Assembly: GCF_006345805.1 (NCBI RefSeq)
Contig: NW_021828994.1
Coordinates: 1-6,974, forward strand
Source: Octopus sinensis
Lineage: Eukaryota
Direction: 5' to 3'
Length of the DNA: 6,974 nt
Part shown: positions 1 to 6,974 of the stretch, piece by piece
How positions within the stretch are numbered: position 1 is the first letter of the stretch
Layout: each line of letters begins with the position of its first letter
The notes under the pieces: model-generated
What the model was told of the DNA's origin: nothing
Seen by the model: only the letters and a program-made list of their open reading frames with translations
The model's database searches: none
Program-made: the position numbers and the translations under genes

Positions 1-167
1 GTTGCCTGAACAGATTCACTGTATACCATTCGTCAAATGTTGAAGTGATCGCAGAGAGACATGAGATGAAGCGCTTTGCTCAAGGAGAGCATAACACACC
101 ATGAATCTGGACCACGTTCTCGCGATTGAGAGTGCAACATCATACCCACTAGGCCATGCGCCCTCAC
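1..167 (-). mobile_element. tRNA-derived SINE, 5' portion (runs off the window edge)
   Basis: Minus strand begins GTGAGGGCGCATGGCCTAGTGG, with a canonical Pol III A box (TGGCCTAGTGG, 146-156), a degenerate B-box region (~103-112) and then CCTTGAGCAAAGCGCTTCATCTC (63-85), which resembles a CORE-SINE core. No complete tRNA cloverleaf. Confidence 0.75.
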
Positions 168-177
168 AATATATTTC

Positions 178-570
178 GCAGGGCGAAATGCTTTGCGGTA
201 TTTCGTCTGCCGCTACGTTCTGAATTCAAATTCCGCCGAGGTCGACTTTGCCTTTCATTCTTTTGGGACCGATTAAATAAGTACCAGTTACGCACTGGAG
301 TCGATATAATCGACTTAATCCGTTTGTCTATCCTTGTTTGTCCTCTCTGTGTCTAGCCCCTTGTGGGTAGTAAAGAAATAGAAATAGTATTTCGCCTGTC
401 TTTACGTTTTGAGTTCAAATTCTGCCGAGATTGACTTTGCCTTTCATCATTTCGGGGTCGATTAAATAAGTACTAGTTACGCACTGGGGTCGATGCAATC
501 GACTTAATCCCTTTGTCTGTCCTTGTTTGTCCCCTGTATGTTTAGCCCCTTGTGGGCAATAAAGAAATAA
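178..570 (+). mobile_element. SINE-type repeat with a tandemly duplicated ~185-bp body and a 5'-truncated head
   Basis: Two direct copies, 198-380 and 387-569 (period 189). Each starts GTATTTCG, carries a B-box-like GA(A/G)TTCAAATTC, then GACTTTGCCTTTCAT, CGATTAAATAAGTAC and GTCGAT-N3-ATCGAC, and ends TAGCCCCTTGTGGG..TAAAGAAATA. Confidence 0.75.
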
Positions 571-1127
571 ATATATATATATGTGTGTATAGGTAGCTCG
601 ATAAATGTGGTATATTTATCACCTGTGTTTTTGCGACTAAACTGCGATACGTTCCAGAATGTTCTGCTTTGATTGGCTAACATTTTGTGCGTGAAATTAT
701 TATGTCTATTCAACGCCAGGAGCATCCACCAGACATAATAATCATCGTAATGCGGAGTAAATAGGTCAGCGAGCTCTTCGTTAGATATATTTATTATTTA
801 GTTCATTTCTACATCTTTCCATACATTAATTTTCTATTAATTGGTAGAGCTGATTATGATTTTGTGCACGTATATCCAAAAACTTATTTGAATAATATCT
901 TCTTAGAGTTATTGATTCATCAGTGGCAATTAATTGCTTATTATATGAAGCTGGCTGTATACATAAAAGCAGAAATATCGCTTATGATCCTCCTGTGTCT
1001 GTCGGTGATTAAAAGTGGCATTATGGCGATCTGGCGTTGTGTTTATGCAACTCTATGCTATGTCGCATTCTGGCAAGTGCATTGCAACACATTTTGGAAA
1101 GAAGCGAGCATAAAGTCAAGATGGATG

Positions 1128-1198
1128 TGTATATATATGTGTGTGTGTGTGTATGTTGTATGTAGGTATATATTTAATATATATATTATATATTATAT

Positions 1199-1229
<31 letters not shown>

Positions 1230-1244
1230 GGATACGGATATGTA
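1128..1244. repeat. Compound (GT)n/(TA)n microsatellite
   Basis: Directly visible; abuts the 3' tail of the SINE at 1245. Confidence 0.9.
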
Positions 1245-1634
1245 TACTCTTTTACTCTTTTACTTGTTTCAGTCATTTGAGTGCGGCCATGCTGGAGCAC
1301 CGCCTTTAGTCGAGCAAATCGACCCAGGGACTTATTCTTTGTAAGCCCAGTACTTATTCTATCGGTCTCTTTTGCCGAACCGCTAAGTGACGGGGACGTA
1401 AACACACCAGCATCGGTTGTCAAGCAATGCTAGGGGGGATAAACACAGACACACAAACACATACACACACATACATATATACGACAGGCTTCTTTCAGTT
1501 TCCGTCTACCAAATCCACTCACAAGGCATTGGTCGGCCCGGGCTATAGCAGAAGACACTTGCCCAACATGCCACGCAGTGGAACTGAACCCGGAACCATG
1601 TGGCTGGTTAGCAAGCTACTTCCAACACAGCCAC
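1245..1634 (-). mobile_element. Near full-length tRNA-derived SINE with a CORE-like segment, an internal microsatellite and a short-repeat 3' tail
   Basis: Minus strand: GTGGCTGTGTTGG (A-box remnant), GGTTCAGTTCC (B box, 1580-1590), TTGGGCAAGTGTCTT (CORE-like, 1552-1566) and an internal (TA)/(GT) tract (~1443-1480). The central block CGATAGAATAAGTAC...GGGTCGATTTGCTCGAC precedes the tail ATGACTGAAACAAGTAAAAGAGTAAAAGAGTA. Confidence 0.85.
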
Positions 1635-1706
1635 ATATATATAAATATACACACACCACACAAGAAATCAAACATGTACCCAACTAACACACACGCGTGT
1701 GTATAA

Positions 1707-1888
1707 TTGGAGAATTTCTTTCTCCGTCTTCCCTTCCTTGGACTGTTCCTTTTTCTGTGTTTCTGACGAAGAGCTCCGCTCGAAACGTTAAATCGTCCTT
1801 CTTTGTTCCCTTTCCTGAGCGTCTAATAACACTATAATTGTTCCACGTCCTCGCGTTGTTTTCTTTTCTCTTTTTTCATGTTTGGATT
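1707..1888 (+). mobile_element. Penelope-like-element-derived terminal (pLTR-type) fragment / short non-autonomous repeat
   Basis: Pyrimidine-rich segment containing CTGACGAAGAGCTCCGCTCGAAACG, followed by TTCCTGAGCGTCTA and TTCCACGTCCTCG, ending in (TA)n. It has the same layout as 6371-6586. Confidence 0.55.
1763..1797 (+). ncRNA. Minimal type I hammerhead ribozyme core (helix I not evident; activity doubtful)
   Basis: CUGACGA (1763-1769), an extra A, helix II GAGC/ucc/GCUC, GAAA (1782-1785), a short helix III (AC-G/uuaaau/C-GU) and a GUC triplet (1795-1797). The flanks 1752-1762 and 1798-1810 are both pyrimidine-rich and do not pair. Confidence 0.5.
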
Positions 1889-1989
1889 ATATATATATAC
1901 ATACATATCCGTATATATATATATATATATATATATATACGTATATATATTATATATTATATACAGAGAGGAGAGAGAGAGAGAGAGAG

Positions 1990-2060
<71 letters not shown>

Positions 2061-2086
2061 CACATAGGCAGACAGACAGACGAACG

Positions 2087-2182
<96 letters not shown>
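1889..2182. repeat. Compound (TA)n-(GA)n-(GATA)n microsatellite; the GATA tract is interrupted at ~2060-2090 by GACA-type variants
   Basis: Directly visible; source of the IYLS-repeat ORFs. Confidence 0.95.
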
Positions 2183-2183
<1 letters not shown>

Positions 2184-2189
2184 GTGATT

Positions 2190-2535
2190 GCAATCCGAAC
2201 TGTCAACTCATCCATTCTCAAACAAACTTCATTCACCCACGAAGTCAACGCTACTATGAAAAGTCATACATCTACAACCACCACTATACAAGTGCACAAT
2301 CATATGTGCACACAACTAACATCACAATATAACAACCACTATCACACAAGCATTTATTTACTCACATACTCACAACAATGTTCACACAATGATACGTAAA
2401 TATAAACACCATCATGCAAGCAATCAAACTTATACCCAACTAACATCAGAATCGCATAACTTCCATTACACACTTACACATATACACGGCCACACCATGC
2501 TCACAAGCATCTGCACAAAATGATGCATACGCAAG
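2190..2535. repeat. C/A-rich, G-poor low-complexity sequence flanking the minisatellite
   Basis: Same composition and short words (ACTA, CATCAC, CACAA) as the 101-bp unit but without periodicity. A similar flank lies at ~3450-3600. Confidence 0.6.
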
Positions 2536-3449
2536 ACTACCATCACCAAATCATACATGCAAACGCCATCATACGACCAAACCTATACACAACTACCATC
2601 ACAATCTCACAACAACCATCAGCCATGCACACAAAAACTACCATCACCAAATCATACATGCAAACGCCATCATACGACCAAACCTATACACAACTACTAT
2701 CACAATCTCACAACAACCATCAGCCATGCCCACAAAACTACCATCATCACCAATCATACATGCAAACGCCATCATACGACCAAACATATACACAACTACT
2801 ATCACAATCTCACAACAACCATCTGCCATGCACACAAAAACTACCATCACCAAATCATACATGCAAACGCCATCATACGACCAAACCTATACACAACTAC
2901 TATCACAATCTCACAACAACCATCAGCCATGCACACAAAAACTACCATCACCAATCATACATGCAAACGCCATCATACGACCAAACATATACACAACTAC
3001 TATCACAATCTCACAACAACCATCTGCCATGCACACAAAAACTACCATCACCAAATCATACATGCAAACGCCATCATACGACCAAACCTATACACAACTA
3101 CTATCACAATCTCACAACAACCATCAGCCATGCACACAAAAACTACCATCACCAAATCATACATGCAAACGCCATCATACGACCAAACCTATACACAACT
3201 ACTATCACAATCTCACAACAACCATCAGCCATGCACATAAAAACTACCATCACCAAATCATACATGCAAACGCCATCATACGACCAAACATATACACAAC
3301 TACTATCACAATCTCACAACAACCATCAGCCATGCACATAAAAACTACCATCACCAAATCATACATGCAAACGCCATCATAAATCAAACATATACATAAC
3401 TAATATCACAATCTCACAACAACAAACACACATGCACACAACTACCATC
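2536..3449. repeat. Minisatellite, ~101-bp unit, 8 near-identical copies plus one degenerate copy
   Basis: The unit start ACTACCATC occurs at 2536, 2637, 2737, 2840, 2941, 3041, 3142, 3243, 3344 and 3441 (spacings 101, 100, 103, 101, 100, 101, 101, 101, 97). Confidence 0.97.
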
Positions 3450-3845
3450 GCTCAATTAGGCATGTACGGCCATCTTTATAAATTCATAGCAAAGCGATCA
3501 CATAGCCAGTAACACAGAATCGCACATGAACGCACAAACGACATAGAGTACGACAGCCAGCACACAGAAATATCACAGAATGTGCGAACCCGCCAACATC
3601 ATCCTGCTACAGAATACACCCTAAAGATATCAATATTTTATTGATTTCCTTAACAATATGATAATTTTTAAATGGAATATTTACAAACCAAACTCAGCAT
3701 TAAATGTTAGAAATACAAAAATAAAGAAAAAGAAAAAGGAATCATATTAAAAGCAATGATATACAAAAATATGGTTTCAAAATGCATTGAAATAAAAAAG
3801 AGTATTTTAACTGAATATTGAATAAAATAGCAATAACAAATTAGT

Positions 3846-3861
3846 CCATATATATATGCAT

Positions 3862-3926
<65 letters not shown>

Positions 3927-4001
3927 GTGTTTATATCCAGATGAGTATGTAAGTATTGTTTATATGTAAGTATATGTTTGCATGCGTTGGGATACATGTA
4001 C

Positions 4002-4053
<52 letters not shown>

Positions 4054-4075
4054 TATATATTATATATATATTATA

Positions 4076-4115
<40 letters not shown>

Positions 4116-4197
4116 TATATTTATATATTAATATATAATACATACAATATATATATATATTGTATATATATATATATATATAATATATATATATATG
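3846..4197. repeat. Two long (TA)n tracts (~3846-3925 and ~4003-4197) separated by a short AT/GT-rich spacer
   Basis: Directly visible. Confidence 0.95.
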
Positions 4198-4560
4198 TTC
4201 TTTAATAAATACAAAATGTATCTGTGCATACGAAAGAAAAGTGTATATTAGTTATAACATTTATATACAAAATAAAATATATGTGTATGAGTGTACGGCA
4301 CTTGATGTCGGTATATCAGCTTGTATTTGTGATGTATGTATGGCTGAATGTGTATGCAGCTAATTATCGCCTGAGGCGTCATGTAATATCGGTGATGTTA
4401 AAAATTTCTAGATAATAAACTTACACGTATATGGATGCTTATATTTTATTTGCATATATTGTGTCCGTATTTAAGTGTTTCTGGGCTTCTCTGTATGTGT
4501 GCTTGTGTAAGAGACTGTGAGTGTATGTATGCTTGTATACATGTTTGAATATGCATTGTT

Positions 4561-4706
4561 AAATATATATATATACATATATATATAGAGAGAGAGTGAG
4601 ATAGATAGATAGATAGATAAGATATAGATATAGATAAAGATATATATATAATATATAAATATAAATAGATACATAGATTGATAGATATAGATACAAATAT
4701 ATATAT

Positions 4707-4746
<40 letters not shown>

Positions 4747-4765
4747 TATATATGTATGTATTATA
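4561..4765. repeat. Compound (TA)n/(GA)n/(GATA)n microsatellite
   Basis: Directly visible; flanks the left end of the mariner element. Confidence 0.9.
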
Positions 4766-4945
4766 ATACACTGGGGTTCTGATCATAGGTATCTGAGATG
4801 TTGCCATAGTAACGAGGCTAAACCACGCAGAGTGAAGCCGCTTAGCAATGAAATATGCTGCGCATGTGCACTAAGTTTTGACGATCTAGCTCACTTCTGC
4901 AGTGTCTAGAAGGAAGATGTGTAGCGTGTGATCGTCGCATAGACC

Positions 4946-5358
4946 ATGACATAGAATGTTGTCATGGAGATACCTACTGTGAGGCCTACAGAGATTTGCA
5001 GAAAGTGTATAGAGATGACAGTATGAACGGCACACACATGTACGGACAGACGTTCCATGACGGCTGAAACAATGTCAATATTGACGAACGTTCTGAGGGA
5101 CACGCAGCCATCAGAAATGAAAAAAAACATTGTCGATGTGCGTTCAGCTATGAGGGGAAATCGTCGAATCACCATCTGTGAGTTATGAGAGGTTGTTCAG
5201 ATTAGTTAAGATTCAGTTCAGCCCATTGTCACTGAAGATTTGGGTATGAGACCTGTGTCGCCAAACTGCTTTCAGCTGACCAAAAGGATACTCGGGTTTC
5301 AGTTGTACTAGATCATATTGATTGTGTCGAGAAAGACGAAAACTTTTTGAAAACTTTG
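4946..5358 (+). pseudogene. Mariner transposase N-terminal (DNA-binding) region, disrupted
   Basis: Manual translation across stops and frameshifts: GDTYCEAYRDLQKVYRDDSMNGTHMY / TFHDG*NNVNIDERSEGHAAIRNEK / NIVDVRSAMRGNRRITICEL*EVVQIS*DSVQPIVTEDLGMRPVSP / LLSADQKDTRVSVVLDHIDCVEKDENFLKTL. This matches the mariner DDERSGRP, RRITIREL, EDLGMRRVSAKFVPKLL and DENFL motifs and stops just before the first catalytic Asp (TGDE). Confidence 0.85.
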
Positions 5359-5434
5359 CGTAGGCCACGAAGTAGACATCGCCAAGCCTTTGGCAAAATG
5401 TGATGCAGATTCTCTGCTCAAATTTCTCTCTCAT
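5335..5434 (-). pseudogene. Inverted copy of the first ~33 codons of the mariner transposase
   Basis: MREKFEQRICITFCQRLGDVYFVAYAK (within ORF 5213..5452) matches the mariner N-terminal EQRxxIKFC motif and supplies the segment deleted from the plus-strand copy. Confidence 0.85.
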
Positions 5435-5632
5435 GGTCAATGCGTCGATCACACGCTACACACCTTCCTTCCAAGAACTGCTGTAGACAGTGCAAGTGAG
5501 CTAGAACGTTAAAACGTAGTGCGCGTGCACAGCAGATTTCAAGATCAATCTGTGGCAAGCGGCTTCACACTGCGTGTTATAAGTTAGTCGCTATGGCAAC
5601 AGTCCAGATACTTATTTATCAAACCACGTACG

Positions 5633-5635
<3 letters not shown>

Positions 5636-5682
<47 letters not shown>
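5636..5682. repeat. (TA)n microsatellite
   Basis: Directly visible, between the mariner right end and the Penelope-like fragment. Confidence 0.95.
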
Positions 5683-5683
<1 letters not shown>

Positions 5684-5684
5684 T

Positions 5685-5813
5685 GTAGTGAGGTTAAAGG
5701 TGACATACACGGACGATTATAGCTATAACAGTCTTCGTGTAGTTCCTTCCTGTTGTTATTGGCTGGCTTCAGTTTGTTAATAAAGATGGCTTCCATAATT
5801 CTGAGATTGCCAT
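5685..5813 (-). mobile_element. Penelope-like retroelement fragment (GIY-YIG endonuclease C-terminus), inverted copy
   Basis: Reads NGNLRIMEAIFINKLKPANNNRKEL, similar to the LxIxExxxIxxLKPxxN end of Penelope-type GIY-YIG domains. 5740-5813 is the reverse complement of 5897-5970 at 64/74 positions. Confidence 0.55.
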
Positions 5814-5834
5814 TTTACGCTTAATTCACTTGAT

Positions 5835-6200
5835 GCAACCTTCCGATAAAGAAACAGTTTATGAAGTGCGAAACCCGGAATTTCAAAGTTTGCATCATGG
5901 CAATCTCCGAATTACGGAAACCCACCTTATTAACAAACTGAAACCAGCCATTAACAACAGAAATGAACTAAACAAAGCAGACTGGTTGCTGTAAGAGCAA
6001 CAGTTCGCGTATTTCACCTTCCATATCCCTACGTTGCCCGTCTCACACACACACAGCACAATTCTGAGCAACAAGCTTCTTCCAACCACAGCTTTTCTGA
6101 ATGTCCCGAAGAAGATGTTTTCACCCCGAAACATAGAAATACAAAGTCAAAGTGCAGCTTTGTTCTCTTTACTTTTAATTTTGTAATTTACTTTGTACCT
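5835..6200 (+). mobile_element. Penelope-like retroelement 3' fragment: GIY-YIG C-terminus, stop codon, then 3' region with a degenerate hammerhead-like motif
   Basis: With one frameshift: IKKQFMKCETRNFKV / LHHGNLRITETHLINKLKPAINNRNELNKADWLL* (stop ~5992-5994). CCGAAGAAG-ATGTTTTCACCCC-GAAAC...GTC follows at ~6106-6148. The right boundary is approximate. Confidence 0.55.
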
Positions 6201-6278
6201 TCTCGCATTGTCCCGGCTTTACACGTCAATATTCTTTAAAAGTACACCTCACAATGCTTCACAAAAATTACCTCTTAT

Positions 6279-6365
6279 ACACACACACACACCTATATAT
6301 ATGTGTGTGTGTGTAGTGTGTGTGTGTGTGTGTGTGTGTGTGAGCGTGCGTGTGTGTGTGTGCAT
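6279..6365. repeat. (CA)n/(TA)n/(GT)n microsatellite
   Basis: Directly visible. Confidence 0.9.
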
Positions 6366-6370
6366 GTATG

Positions 6371-6586
6371 CAGGACGCCATGATAGATCGTTAGCTCCTA
6401 CACGCATTTTTTTTCTTTCCTTGTTTCTCTCCTTGTTTTTTTCTGTGTATCTTTCTGTCGAAGAGCGTAGGCTCGAAACATAAAAGACTTTTTCTTTTTC
6501 TATTCCTGAGCGCTATACTAATACATTTGTTTGTATGTATTCCACCTGCCTTCGTCTTTTGTTTATTTTCGTAAACTTTCCCGTTA
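6371..6586 (+). mobile_element. Second Penelope-like-derived short repeat with a degenerate hammerhead-like motif
   Basis: Pyrimidine tract, CTGTCGAAGAGCGTAGGCTCGAAAC (6455-6479), TTCCTGAGCGCTA, TTCCACCTGCCTTCG, ending in (TA)n; parallels 1707-1888. Confidence 0.55.
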
Positions 6587-6642
6587 TATATATATATATA
6601 TATATATATACATAAATATAAGTATGCGGATGTATGTGTTTG

Positions 6643-6673
<31 letters not shown>

Positions 6674-6692
6674 TATGCGTGTGTGTGTGTAT
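6587..6692. repeat. (TA)n/(GT)n microsatellite
   Basis: Directly visible. Confidence 0.9.
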
Positions 6693-6974
6693 GTCGGAAA
6701 GGAACACACGAGTTGAGATGTCATGTATAAGGAAATAAGTCAAGGTAGAAAATGCGAAAAAAAATTTATCATAAAATACATTTTAGTATCGGTTTCAGTC
6801 ATTAAGTACGGAAAACAATTAAATTTTGGAAAAATTAATTGAAAAGTATTTCTAAAATATATTTTCATAGTATTCAAATACAAGAAGGCATTTTCCTTGT
6901 TTCTGCCTGTCTCTGTCATCATTTTTTTTTTACTCTTGCGGGATGGAGGTAGTTGTGAATTCTTCGTAGAGAAG

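Larger units (their letters stand above)
4768..5630. mobile_element. Decayed mariner (Tc1/mariner) element with long inverted arms (5' end present at both termini)
   Basis: The left arm (+, from ~4768) and right arm (-, from ~5630) align from the terminal repeat through the transposase ATG; for example 4909-4949 versus the reverse complement of 5431-5471 match at 38/41. Both ends abut TA-rich tracts. Exact termini are uncertain by a few bases. Confidence 0.85.

Noticed and set aside
100-167. Possible tRNA gene on the minus strand
   Set aside because: A good A box but a degenerate B box and no cloverleaf; it continues into a SINE body.
1689-1702. Perfect 14-bp palindrome ACACACGCGTGTGT
   Set aside because: A trivial (CA)n/(TG)n junction.
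1832-2248. ORFs with IYLS, YI or CV repeats here and at 864-1687, 3707-4138, 4471-4807, 6193-6743
   Set aside because: These are translations of (GATA)n, (TA)n and (GT)n microsatellites or SINE sequence, with no recognisable domain.
2520-3382. Long His/Thr/Gln-rich ORFs (273, 227 and 218 aa) that look like a mucin or repeat protein
   Set aside because: All three frames are open and swap the same peptides because the unit (mostly 100-103 bp) is usually not a multiple of three and the G-poor strand rarely forms stops. This is an artefact of the minisatellite.
2536-3449. CRISPR-like regular periodicity
   Set aside because: The whole units are near-identical with no unique spacers, and the context is eukaryotic with no cas genes.
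4906-5175. 89-aa minus-strand ORF
   Set aside because: Antisense to the decayed mariner transposase; no independent coding signal.
6792-6811. GTTTCAGTCATTAAGTACGG resembling the SINE tail at ~1266-1286
   Set aside because: Only ~20 bp; possibly a severely truncated insertion but too short to call.
6890-6974. Pyrimidine tract followed by AG dinucleotides, a possible splice acceptor
   Set aside because: Such tracts are common in this sequence and any exon would lie beyond the window edge.

Overview
Eukaryotic, AT-rich, repeat-saturated non-coding DNA (intron or intergenic). No intact protein-coding gene is supported. The SINE-type repeats and compound (TA)n/(GATA)n/(CA)n tracts resemble, from memory and not from a search, those of octopus genomes. 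Contents: three tRNA-derived SINE-type insertions (1-167 minus, 178-570 plus with a duplicated body, 1245-1634 minus); a nine-unit ~101-bp minisatellite (2536-3449) that explains all the long His/Thr/Gln ORFs; and a decayed mariner element (~4768-5630) whose 3' half is replaced by an inverted copy of its own 5' end. There is also an inverted pair of Penelope-like GIY-YIG C-terminal fragments (5685-6031) and three plus-strand hammerhead-ribozyme-like modules typical of Penelope-like element termini. One of these (1763-1797) keeps a complete catalytic core but has no visible helix I. The most notable items are the mariner foldback junction and the hammerhead-bearing short repeats. Both fit known element classes, so any novelty would be at family level.
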